Origin: a virus
Taxonomy: Duplodnaviria > Caudoviricetes
Virus record (IMG/VR): IMGVR_UViG_3300014201_000022
Coordinates: 1-30,598 of that record
DNA length: 30,598 nt
Strand: one strand, 5' to 3'
Positions within the stretch are counted from its first letter, which is position 1; every line of letters starts with the position of its first letter. Positions 22,607 to 30,588 of the stretch are shown piece after piece. Position numbers and translations under genes: made by a program. The notes under the pieces were generated by a model. It made no database searches and was not told the DNA's origin. It saw only the letters and a program-made list of their open reading frames with translations.

Positions 22607-22779
22607 GGCGCACCGCGGCGGTAATAGCCGGCCCCGTGACGCCGCCAGCCCCAGATCACGTCGCAGGCGACCAGCGCGCCGCCGATGATCACCAGCCAGA
22701 TGACCTTGTCCGTGTACTTGCTGACCAGCTCGAGGATGGCCGCGATTATGTACAGGACGAGCCCGATTGCTGCGAGCAT
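22603..22779 (-). CDS. Small two-TM membrane protein, holin-like (58 aa)
   Basis: Absent from the ORF track. MLAAIGLVLYIIAAILELVSKYTDKVIWLVIIGGALVACDVIWGWRRHGAGYYRRGAP; TGATG and ATGA overlaps; two hydrophobic segments and a basic tail. Confidence 0.75.
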   Translation of the reverse strand: MLAAIGLVLYIIAAILELVSKYTDKVIWLVIIGGALVACDVIWGWRRHGAGYYRRGAP

Positions 22780-23003
22780 CAGTACTGCCCTCCGCCCATG
22801 TGCTCGGTGTCGGATTCGGGGCCGAGCGAGCCCGGCGACGCGATCTGCGCGGGAGTCAGCGCGGTCAGGTTCCCCGCCCCGATCGCGGCCAGCAGGGCGG
22901 ACCCGGCCGGGACGTCGATGACCATGCCCTTGCTGTAGGTGACCTGGCAGTGGTCATAGGTGAACGTGGTCTTCTTGTTGACGACGTACATGCTCGCGCC
23001 CAT
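22779..23003 (-). CDS. Small paralogue family protein, module A (74 aa)
   Basis: KGMVIDVPAGSALLAAIGAGNL shared with neighbours. Confidence 0.75.
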   Translation of the reverse strand: MGASMYVVNKKTTFTYDHCQVTYSKGMVIDVPAGSALLAAIGAGNLTALTPAQIASPGSLGPESDTEHMGGGQY

Positions 23004-23275
23004 CAGGTCACCTCCCCGCCGTCGTCTTTCGCCGCGCCGTTCCTGGCCGCGCGGGTGCGCCTCGGGGCCGCCTGCGCTTCCGTCGCTGCATCGGTAACGG
23101 GAGGCTCCGGCAGGGGTGTCGTGGCACCGAGGGGAACGAGATTCCGGGGGCCGATCGCGGCGAGCAGCGCCGAGCCGGGAGGCACGTCCAGGACGGTGCC
23201 GCGGGCAAGGCGCTGGGTGGCGCCATCCCAGGCGAAGGTGGTGTCCACCGCGACGACCCTCGGATTTGCCGACAT
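23003..23275 (-). CDS. Small paralogue family protein, module A (90 aa)
   Basis: MSANPRVVAVDTTFAWD...RGTVLDVPPGSALLAAIGPRNL; TGATG-coupled at both ends. Confidence 0.75.
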   Translation of the reverse strand: MSANPRVVAVDTTFAWDGATQRLARGTVLDVPPGSALLAAIGPRNLVPLGATTPLPEPPVTDAATEAQAAPRRTRAARNGAAKDDGGEVT

Positions 23276-23505
23276 CAGTTTGATACCGCCGCTCTCGAGC
23301 AGCACGCCTCGTTGCCGCGCTGGCTGACCGGGATGACGCCGGACAGGTTGCCCGATCCCCCGCCGTAGGCGCCCGCCAGAGCCGAGCCCGGCACGAGGTC
23401 CACGACCGTCCCGTGCCGCACGAACGTGGTCACCGGCACCCCGGAGGCGTGGGAATCCCACGTCACTACGGTGTCGGCTAGCACGCGCTGCGGGTACTGG
23501 GACAT
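23275..23505 (-). CDS. Small paralogue family protein, module A (76 aa)
   Basis: MSQYPQRVLADTVVTWD...HGTVVDLVPGSALAGAYGGGSGNL...AVSN; ATG 2 nt after the upstream stop. Confidence 0.75.
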   Translation of the reverse strand: MSQYPQRVLADTVVTWDSHASGVPVTTFVRHGTVVDLVPGSALAGAYGGGSGNLSGVIPVSQRGNEACCSRAAVSN

Positions 23506-23507
23506 GG

Positions 23508-24134
23508 CTAGTTGCTCACGCCCACGCCGTAACCGGGCGATCCCGTGGCCGCGTGCGAGGCGTACGGCAGGGCGTTCTGCGGGCTGTACCCGCCCGCCCC
23601 GGTCGGTGCCACCGTGTTGGGCTGCGAGTACATGGTGCCGTCGCTGTGCGGCAGGGACAGGTCGATCGGGTCCAGCCACGCCCACGCCAGCGCCCCGGTG
23701 TAGGTGACCGCGATCGACGCCCCGGCGGGCAGCGGAGTCCCCGACGTGTACGCGGCCGGGGCCTGGACGAGGTTCGTCGTGAGCCCGTTGACGGTGACCG
23801 CGGAGACCGACCCGGACCCCAGGAACACCACGGACAGGTTCTTCCCGGTCGTGTTGACCGCCGCGACGGTGGACGCGGGAAGCGCCAGGGTGTACGGCGA
23901 CCAGTACCAGACGGGGACCGCGACGGTGTACTGCAGCGCGCAGGTGCCGCCGGGCGGGACGGTCATCATGAACGCCGCCGCCGACGTGGCCACCGACACG
24001 CCTGACACCCAGTAGTTGGCCATCGTCGCGCCGTTGGCGCCCACGGACACGTAGGCGTTGCTGCCCGAGGTGTTGGTGGCGAAGTTCGTGAGCCCCGCGG
24101 GCGAGGTTGCGGGAACCGCTGGCTGGATGATCAT
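23508..24134 (-). CDS. Putative virion accessory protein, two copies of module B (208 aa)
   Basis: Two repeats ending PVWYW and LAWAW; GAGAGG RBS; ends GVSN. Confidence 0.75.
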   Translation of the reverse strand: MIIQPAVPATSPAGLTNFATNTSGSNAYVSVGANGATMANYWVSGVSVATSAAAFMMTVPPGGTCALQYTVAVPVWYWSPYTLALPASTVAAVNTTGKNLSVVFLGSGSVSAVTVNGLTTNLVQAPAAYTSGTPLPAGASIAVTYTGALAWAWLDPIDLSLPHSDGTMYSQPNTVAPTGAGGYSPQNALPYASHAATGSPGYGVGVSN

Positions 24135-24150
24135 GACGACGCGCCTCTCA

Positions 24151-24693
24151 TCAGTTGCTCAGTCCCCAGTGCCCGTGCCCGACGTTGTCGGTGCCGTCGA
24201 TCCACGCACGGAGGTTCCCGGACCCGATCGCCGCGTACAGCTGCCCGCCCGTGTCGAGCCACAGCGGCGATCCCTGCAGGAAGGTGGTCTGCCAGATGGT
24301 CCCCAGCTGCCCGCCGGCCGGTGCCGGGCTGGACACCGCGGCGGTCATGGACGAGGACCCGGACTGCGGCATCTGGGCGGCCATCCAGACCCACGTGGGG
24401 GCCGAGGAGTATGTGACGGAGACCGCGTAGCCGTCCCGGACGATGACCGTCCCGGAGGTCAGGCCGGTCGCGGTGAGGTTCGCGGCGTTGGAGCCCACGT
24501 TGATCGCGGTGACCGTCCCCCCGGTGACCGTGACGGCGATGTCGACCCCGGCGCCGTTAGCCTCCGCGACCCCGGTGGCGGGCATCGCGGGGGTGGCCAC
24601 GGGGACGTTCGCCGCACCCTGGATGATCTCCGACCACGTAGCGGGCCAGGGGATGGTCACATCGGCGGTCAGCACGTAGCGGCCGAACGTCAT
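24151..24693 (-). CDS. Putative virion accessory protein, module B inserted in module A (180 aa)
   Basis: GGAGGTGA RBS; RYVLTADVTIPW...[PAMPATGVA...APTWVW]...QGSPLWLDTGGQLYAAIGSGNL...GLSN. Confidence 0.75.
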   Translation of the reverse strand: MTFGRYVLTADVTIPWPATWSEIIQGAANVPVATPAMPATGVAEANGAGVDIAVTVTGGTVTAINVGSNAANLTATGLTSGTVIVRDGYAVSVTYSSAPTWVWMAAQMPQSGSSSMTAAVSSPAPAGGQLGTIWQTTFLQGSPLWLDTGGQLYAAIGSGNLRAWIDGTDNVGHGHWGLSN

Positions 24694-24708
24694 GCGGTCA
24701 CCTCCCGG

Positions 24709-25344
24709 TCAGTAGCTGGTCTTGGGCACGGCCTCGACGCCGGACAGCTGCGGGCTGATGGCGGCCACGGCCACGAGCACCCCGGAGTTGTGCGCCGAGT
24801 TCAGCGAGTTCACCGGCACGCTCGTGGCCGACGGGGCGCCGTTCACCGTCACCACGTCCGACGTGCCGGCGGGGTCCACGATGAGCACCTGGCCGAGCGC
24901 GAACGCCGTGTTCGTTCCCGTCGGCGCGAACGTCAGCGCTGTCCCTCCCGCGGTCACGGTGGCGCTGATGGCGGGCAGCGCCCACGTCCACGTGGGAGTC
25001 GCTACCGTGAACGTGGCCGAGATGCTGCCCCCGGCAGGTATCAGGTAGGTGCCCGCGGTCGTCCCGGCCGAGACGCCGCTGACGGTGACCGCGGTGATCG
25101 TGGCGCCGTTCGCGGCGATGACGGCTGAGACCGGCGTGGCGTACGGGTTGACGACCGCCACGGTGGTGGCCGGGAACGCGGGCGCGGCAGCGAGGACAGG
25201 GGCGGCTAGCGTGAACGGCCACTCGCACCGGGTGCAGCGGACCGTCAGCGCGGCCAGGGGGATCATGGGCGCGGTGAACCAGCAGCGGGGACAGGTCAGT
25301 CCCGTGACCTCCGCCGGCTGGATCGCCGCGCCGCTGTAAGGCAT
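24709..25344 (-). CDS. Putative virion accessory protein with Zn ribbon and module B (211 aa)
   Basis: CPRC...CTRC, then PAFPATTVAVVN...TPTWTW. Confidence 0.75.
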   Translation of the reverse strand: MPYSGAAIQPAEVTGLTCPRCWFTAPMIPLAALTVRCTRCEWPFTLAAPVLAAAPAFPATTVAVVNPYATPVSAVIAANGATITAVTVSGVSAGTTAGTYLIPAGGSISATFTVATPTWTWALPAISATVTAGGTALTFAPTGTNTAFALGQVLIVDPAGTSDVVTVNGAPSATSVPVNSLNSAHNSGVLVAVAAISPQLSGVEAVPKTSY

Positions 25345-25347
25345 GGG

Positions 25348-25911
25348 CTACCGGCTCCCGCGGGTGCGGCTGTTGCGGGGCGGCAGGTCGATCGCGTCGG
25401 CCTGGACGGTCTCACGCAGATGGTCGGCCATCTCCGCGTCGTCCGGCTTCGCTGGCTCGGCCCCCTCCGGGGCGCGGCCGTCGTCCAGCACCTGGATGCG
25501 GGACGAGCCTTCCGGGTCCGGGCGGGGGGCGTCGGAGCCGGGCGGCGGGGTCGTGGGGCGGAACAGGCGGCCGGAGACGTGGCGGGGCAGGATCCTGGGC
25601 GCCGGCTCGCTGCTGCCGCCCGGGCCGGTGAGCTTCCGCAGCACGTCGACCTGACGTCCGTCGCGGACGCCGTGGCGGCTGAACGACCGGGCCTCCTCCT
25701 CGGTGAGGTAGACCGTCTCCCCGGCCATCACAAGGTCGGTGGCCCGGTCCTTGTCACCCCGGCGGGGGACAGACAGGTTGATCAAGGCGACGTACGGCTC
25801 GCCTACGCGGGCAGACGGGGTGCCCTTGTCGCGAGCCAGCAGCCCGGTCAGCGTGTCCCGCTCGGCATCGGTGAGCGGCCGGGTCTCTGCAGCGGTAGCA
25901 GTGTCCGCCAT
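25348..25911 (-). CDS. Hypothetical protein after the capsid gene (187 aa)
   Basis: ATG 3 nt after the capsid stop, with GGGAG upstream; charged, partly disordered. Confidence 0.7.
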   Translation of the reverse strand: MADTATAAETRPLTDAERDTLTGLLARDKGTPSARVGEPYVALINLSVPRRGDKDRATDLVMAGETVYLTEEEARSFSRHGVRDGRQVDVLRKLTGPGGSSEPAPRILPRHVSGRLFRPTTPPPGSDAPRPDPEGSSRIQVLDDGRAPEGAEPAKPDDAEMADHLRETVQADAIDLPPRNSRTRGSR

Positions 25912-25914
25912 AAT

Positions 25915-26826
25915 TCACACTCCCGAAAGCAAAGCGACGGCCAATGGCTGGTCGAGCCCAATTGCCGAACTCCTCTGGGTGTCCGACCTCCAGGTTTTGC
26001 GGCTTTCCTCGCGGTAAAGGGGACCGGCGAGGAACGGCAATTCATCGGCGAAGAAGCCTGCCCTATGCCGCTGCATTATGATGGCATTCCCGGCCGGGAC
26101 CTGACGCGATACGAGAACGTCGAGGTTGAATATCTTCTGGGGCAAAACCCCAGTGTAGAGGAGGTTTTCGGAAGCGATGTCGCCGATGTACGGCGCGGCG
26201 AAAGTGCTCGACTGGAGCAGCGTGTTCTTGGTGCCGTGGTTCACGATCATGGTGTCGGCTTCAAATCCGAGCCATTGCGTGACGCCGGACGGGGACACGA
26301 TGTTGGCATTTTCGACCAGGTAAACAGCCTGCGCGATATCGGACCGGATTGTCGCCGACGCGGAAGCCCACGGATTGGCGACAGCCAGCGTCTGAATGGA
26401 TGCGTTCGCGACTACGGCGCTGTAAAACGCCGTATTCCACGAATACACCATCGTGTTCTTGACTTGGAGCAGCTGCCGGGTCACGGGGTCGATGGCCTGC
26501 CGGCGCCGCATCTCGTCGCTGACCATGATCGCCATCGCGCGCTCGTGGGAGAACACGACGCGGGGCACGCCGATGCTGGTCGGGACGACGGGGACCTCAC
26601 CGAACTCGGGCCGGATCTCGGGGAAGTCGTCGGCGTACAGCGGCGTCGACTCGCTGTACCGCACCGCGCCCGAGGGGGCCGCGCCGCCCATCCGCAGCAC
26701 CGAGTCCATGATGAACTCGTTCTGCGTGATATCCAGAATCAGGGCCGGGATGACCAGGGGGTCTTTCAGCAGCTCGTTGACGGTGATCCGGGGAGCGTCG
26801 CTGTAACCCCTCGCGCCTGTAGGCAT
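25915..26826 (-). CDS. Major capsid protein (303 aa)
   Basis: ITVNELLKDPLVIP...FIMDSVLRMGG..SGAVRY...EIRPEFGEVP and terminal IGLDQPLAVALLSGV fit actinophage HK97-fold capsids; GAGGGGA RBS; position after protease and decoration genes. Confidence 0.88.
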   Translation of the reverse strand: MPTGARGYSDAPRITVNELLKDPLVIPALILDITQNEFIMDSVLRMGGAAPSGAVRYSESTPLYADDFPEIRPEFGEVPVVPTSIGVPRVVFSHERAMAIMVSDEMRRRQAIDPVTRQLLQVKNTMVYSWNTAFYSAVVANASIQTLAVANPWASASATIRSDIAQAVYLVENANIVSPSGVTQWLGFEADTMIVNHGTKNTLLQSSTFAAPYIGDIASENLLYTGVLPQKIFNLDVLVSRQVPAGNAIIMQRHRAGFFADELPFLAGPLYREESRKTWRSDTQRSSAIGLDQPLAVALLSGV

Positions 26827-26840
26827 GTTCTAGTCCCCTC

Positions 26841-27404
26841 TCAGAGGACCCGGCAGCGGCCGAGGAAGTAGGACGCGGCACCGGAGCCGCCGATCTGCTG
26901 GGTGAGCATCGCCGAGGACACCCCGCCCGGGTGGGTGCAGCGGGCCACGATGTTGTTGTAGGCCGGGGTGATCGCCGAGGCGCCCGTCGAGCCGTAGTAC
27001 GGGGAGTGGGCGGTCCCGCACACCGTCCCGTTGACGCCGACACCGGACGCGGCGCCGACGACGAGAAGCTCGCCGGGGGCTGCCTGGCCGCCGTACCAGC
27101 ACCAGATGTCCCAGCCGCCCGCGTACACCGCCACGTAGTCCGTCAGGACGGAGATGTCGATGAGGGGCTGGCCGTAGGAGTTCACCGCCCCGGTCTGGGC
27201 GAGGATCACGTTCGCGTCGGCGCCCGCCACCCCGAGGATGTTGATGTCCCCGGCCGCCGACGACCCGCCGACCGACGGCTTGACCGTCAGGTCGGTGGTG
27301 CCGGGGGTGGCGGTGTCGGGGGTGACGAACTGGCCGCCGTAGACCAGGGCCGCGGTCTGGTAGTTCGCCGGGCCCCTGGTGTAGTGCGGGAGGACCGCTG
27401 ACAT
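26841..27404 (-). CDS. Capsid decoration/cement-like protein (187 aa)
   Basis: Immediately upstream of the capsid gene; VYGGQFV...ILGVAGADA...GELLVVGAASG pattern; AGGAG RBS. Confidence 0.65.
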   Translation of the reverse strand: MSAVLPHYTRGPANYQTAALVYGGQFVTPDTATPGTTDLTVKPSVGGSSAAGDINILGVAGADANVILAQTGAVNSYGQPLIDISVLTDYVAVYAGGWDIWCWYGGQAAPGELLVVGAASGVGVNGTVCGTAHSPYYGSTGASAITPAYNNIVARCTHPGGVSSAMLTQQIGGSGAASYFLGRCRVL

Positions 27405-27413
27405 GGGCTTCTC

Positions 27414-27785
27414 CTACTCCGCGTCAGCCGGGGCGTCCGGGGCGGCCGGTTCCGGGGCGACGTCCAGGTGATCGGAGAGGGCGGCCTGAAGCTCGGCGTT
27501 GGCCACCCGCAGCCGGGAGCCCTGGTGGCCGCCGTCCGGCAGGGCGTCCACGGCGTGCTGCACCTCCGCCGCGGCGGCGGCGACACGGGCGCGGGCCGAT
27601 GCGAGCACCCGGTCCTGCTCCCGCCGCGTGTCTGCCAGCTCCTCGTCCTCCGCGAGCCGCTTCTGCGCGATGGCCTCGTCCTGCGCGTCGCGCTGCGCGG
27701 CGAGACTGTCGGCGGCGGCCTGCAGCTCGGCCTCGCGGCGCTCAGCGGCGTCCTGGTCGGCTGCCGCCCGGTCCTGTGTGCTCAT
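27414..27785 (-). CDS. Hypothetical acidic coiled-coil protein (123 aa)
   Basis: GAAAGG RBS; A/D/E/Q/R-rich helical sequence. Confidence 0.65.
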   Translation of the reverse strand: MSTQDRAAADQDAAERREAELQAAADSLAAQRDAQDEAIAQKRLAEDEELADTRREQDRVLASARARVAAAAAEVQHAVDALPDGGHQGSRLRVANAELQAALSDHLDVAPEPAAPDAPADAE

Positions 27786-27813
27786 GTCCGTGCCTTTCGC
27801 TGTTCCGGGCGGG

Positions 27814-28512
27814 TCACTTCAGGCCCGTCATGGCCTTGTAGCGGCTTACGATGTCGTCGCGCTGCTGGTCCGCCTGCTCGCGCACCGCGTCCTCCGGCTC
27901 GTCCATCGGGGAGCCGAGTTCCGCGCCGAGGTCCAGGAGACGGGCCTGGCGGGCGTACTCGGTCAGGACCCGGCGCATGATCGCCCCGGAATCCACCGTC
28001 CTGCCGTTGGCCAGTTCCACCGCGTGCCCCGCGCCCTCCAGCAGCGGCCGGGCAAGCTCGGTGATGTACGGGGGGACGCCCAGGTCGGCGAGGCGGCGCT
28101 TCTCGCCCTGGTAGTCCTCCTCCCGCAGCCGGGCGGTGATGACGGACAGCTCCCGCTGCGTCTCCTCCGCGCGTGCGTTGGCCAGGTTGATGGCGAACTG
28201 CGCCTCGGCGCTCAGTCCCGCGCTCACGGGCTCCCCCTCGTAGTCGGCCGTCCCGTTCACGGGTGCCCCGTCGTCGCCGAGCAGCCCGGCGGCGTCCAGT
28301 TCCCCGGCTGCGGCGACAAGCTCGTCAAGCTCGGCGTCGGTCAGCCCGCCGTCCTCGCCGCTGCCGTCGTCCGGGCCGGTGAGGGCCTCCAGCTCGGCGG
28401 CGGTCAGGACCATCCCGCCCGCGGCGAGCGCGTCGAGCTGGTCGTCGGGAAGCTCGAGGAGCTTCGCCAGCCGGGCCTTCTGCTCGTCGGTGAGCGCGTC
28501 GAGATCCGCCAT
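27814..28512 (-). CDS. Probable internally initiated scaffolding protein (232 aa, Mu Z-like)
   Basis: In-frame ATG at 28512 preceded by GAAGGGA at 8-nt spacing, at the start of the acidic helical region MADLDALTDEQKARLAKLL. Confidence 0.55.
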   Translation of the reverse strand: MADLDALTDEQKARLAKLLELPDDQLDALAAGGMVLTAAELEALTGPDDGSGEDGGLTDAELDELVAAAGELDAAGLLGDDGAPVNGTADYEGEPVSAGLSAEAQFAINLANARAEETQRELSVITARLREEDYQGEKRRLADLGVPPYITELARPLLEGAGHAVELANGRTVDSGAIMRRVLTEYARQARLLDLGAELGSPMDEPEDAVREQADQQRDDIVSRYKAMTGLK

Positions 28513-29409
28513 GGCGGCCGTCCCTTCAGGTGCTTCCGTGGTGAGGTCGATGCCGCCGTCACGGCCGGCGAACAGGTCGCCCGGCATCGACGGCGGGGCC
28601 GAGGCGGGCAGCGGGGCGGGCGCGTCCGCGGCCTGGACGTGGGTGACCGGGGTCCGGCCGCCGTACTTGTCGAGCACCTGCCCGGAGCCGTGGTCGTACT
28701 GGCCGCGGACCGTGTTCCCCTGCGCGGTGCGGCCGAGAACCTGCTTGCCGTGCAGCCCCGCTGCTGGTGCCCCGGCGCCGCCGCGGGCCTCCATCCAGTC
28801 CCGTTTCGCCGTCGCCGACGCCGTGTCGTGGGCCTTCTCCCCGGCGCGTTCCTCGTTGACGGCGGTCCAGTCCAGGTCGACGGTGCCCGCGAACGTCCCG
28901 CCGGACAGGTCGATGACCGTGTCCGGGACGGGAGAAGCGGCCTCGATCGCCTGCCACGGGCCGAGGCCGGGGATGCGGGGGTCCAGGGTGCCCAGGACGT
29001 GCTGGACGGCCTGGGGGAAGTGGCGGCCGTCGGAGCGGGCGTAGTCCTCCACGATCCGGGCGGACACGCCGAGCTTCGGGTTGGCCTGCAGCACCTTCTC
29101 CCCGTCGGGGGTCACCACGGCGGTGACGTACAGGCCGTCGTCGCCAAGCTCCATCGCCGTGATCTCGCCCCGCGTCCTCTCGGGATCGTTGGTGTGGGTG
29201 TTCGCGGCGTCGGCGAGCTGGAAGGGCACCTGGTCGTAGGCGCGGGAGTTGAACGCCTGCACGAGCCGGCCGAGGTAGTCGCGGGTGAAGTGCAGCATCC
29301 GGCCCTTGTACTCAACCTCGCCGACGGGCAGCAGCTTCTTGCGCCACGCCCGGTTGCCGAGTTCCACCGCGTCATCGGCGGTGAAGGGGGTCAGGACGGC
29401 GGCGGTCAC
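27814..29409 (-). CDS. Prohead protease-scaffold fusion, Mu I-like (531 aa)
   Basis: LLPVGEV...L.QAF...VPFQ...H...RGEI..MEL..DGLY...GVSARI...HVLGTLDPRIPGL fits the Mu-type protease layout (His, Ser); acidic helical C-terminal half. Confidence 0.8.
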   Translation of the reverse strand: MTAAVLTPFTADDAVELGNRAWRKKLLPVGEVEYKGRMLHFTRDYLGRLVQAFNSRAYDQVPFQLADAANTHTNDPERTRGEITAMELGDDGLYVTAVVTPDGEKVLQANPKLGVSARIVEDYARSDGRHFPQAVQHVLGTLDPRIPGLGPWQAIEAASPVPDTVIDLSGGTFAGTVDLDWTAVNEERAGEKAHDTASATAKRDWMEARGGAGAPAAGLHGKQVLGRTAQGNTVRGQYDHGSGQVLDKYGGRTPVTHVQAADAPAPLPASAPPSMPGDLFAGRDGGIDLTTEAPEGTAAMADLDALTDEQKARLAKLLELPDDQLDALAAGGMVLTAAELEALTGPDDGSGEDGGLTDAELDELVAAAGELDAAGLLGDDGAPVNGTADYEGEPVSAGLSAEAQFAINLANARAEETQRELSVITARLREEDYQGEKRRLADLGVPPYITELARPLLEGAGHAVELANGRTVDSGAIMRRVLTEYARQARLLDLGAELGSPMDEPEDAVREQADQQRDDIVSRYKAMTGLK

Positions 29410-29410
29410 C

Positions 29411-30508
29411 TCACGCCGCTGCCGTCTTGCCGAACGCGCCCGGCCTGGTCCGCTGCGAGTTCTTGGCGAACGCCAGCGCGCGGGCGGCCGGGAAGCCCTT
29501 CGCCATCAGCTTCTTGTAGATGGCCTGCCCCTTGGGCGTGAGCCCGTTCTCGTCGGTGCCGTCGTCCGTCCCGCCGGCCATGGTGATCCTGGGGCCTGCC
29601 CCTGCCCCCGTGGCGGGAGTCGCGAGGGCGCGGATGGCGGGGATGCCGTACTCGCGCATCAACTCCGTCTGCTGCGGCGGGGGCTGGAGGGGCGCCGACG
29701 CGGGATGGAGGGCCCCGGTGACGGCCGAGTTCCACGTGCCGACCGCCTCCATGAGGGCGGTGCGCTGGTGGTCGCGGGGGGCGAGGTCGGTGCCGTTGAC
29801 GGTGGCGACCCACTTGCCCGCCTCTGTCTTGCGGAGGCTGGCGATCTGGGCGCCGCCGTGCCGGTGGCGCAGGACCGCCGTCCCGTCGTCGCTGCGGGCT
29901 ACCAGGACGTCCATGGGGCCGTGGATGGGGTGGCGGCGGGCCGTCAGGGTGCCGGACGCGAGTTCGAGGGCCTGGCGGGTGCCGTTGGCGAGGGCGTGGG
30001 AGGCGCCGCCGCCCCGGACGGTCACCGCCGCCCCGGAGCGGACTGACCCGGTGCCCGGCGCGGGGGTGCGGAGCAGGCCGGGGGACTTGTCGAGGCTGGC
30101 GCCGGACGCGCCGAAGTCGCCGGCGGGGGCCACGTGACCGCACTCGGGGCAGGTGAGCGTGTGGCCCTGGTCGTCCTTGGTGGTCTCGGAGAGCAGGTAG
30201 GTGACGCCGGCGCCTCCGCCTCCACCGCCGGAAGCTGCCAGCTGCGCGCCTGCCGGGGCGGCCCAGGACTTCCCGAGCGCTGCGGTGCGGCCGACCATGG
30301 GGGCGGTCTTGCGCAGGAGCTTCGCGAGGGAGGCGCGGCGGCCCGGGTCGGCTACGCGGCCTACAGCCTGGCGGGCCTTGTCCCAGTGGGCGGCGTCGGT
30401 GACCGGGTAGCCGGGTGCGCCGCCGGGGGTTGCGGGGGGGAGGGCCTGCCCGCGCTGGAGCGCCGTGCGGCGGCCTGCGGCTGTCTCGCTGCGCGGCATC
30501 GCGGACAT
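29411..30508 (-). CDS. Hypothetical head-associated multi-domain protein (about 365 aa)
   Basis: N-terminal GYPVTDAAHWDKARQAVGR helical domain, a single CPEC motif and basic C-terminal helices; stop 1 nt from the protease start. Start at ATG 30508 is uncertain. Confidence 0.7.
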   Translation of the reverse strand: MSAMPRSETAAGRRTALQRGQALPPATPGGAPGYPVTDAAHWDKARQAVGRVADPGRRASLAKLLRKTAPMVGRTAALGKSWAAPAGAQLAASGGGGGGAGVTYLLSETTKDDQGHTLTCPECGHVAPAGDFGASGASLDKSPGLLRTPAPGTGSVRSGAAVTVRGGGASHALANGTRQALELASGTLTARRHPIHGPMDVLVARSDDGTAVLRHRHGGAQIASLRKTEAGKWVATVNGTDLAPRDHQRTALMEAVGTWNSAVTGALHPASAPLQPPPQQTELMREYGIPAIRALATPATGAGAGPRITMAGGTDDGTDENGLTPKGQAIYKKLMAKGFPAARALAFAKNSQRTRPGAFGKTAAA

Positions 30509-30553
30509 GGTGAGTGCGCCGGTCCCATCCGGCTGGCACCCCTGCCAAGGCAC

Positions 30554-30588
30554 AGCGTAGCGCGTGCAAAGAGCAAATGCACGTGCAC
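30554..30588 (-). promoter_or_regulatory. Putative late promoter for the head operon with TGCACGTGCA palindrome
   Basis: Minus strand reads TGCACGTGCATTTGC-TCTT-TGCACG-CGC-TACGCT (-10-like); matches the motif at 5934-5980. Confidence 0.55.

Noticed and set aside
27499-30569. 680-aa plus-strand ORF and 387-aa alternative-frame minus-strand ORF over the head genes
   Set aside because: Shadow frames of the protease and its upstream gene, with S/R/A- or R/P-biased composition.
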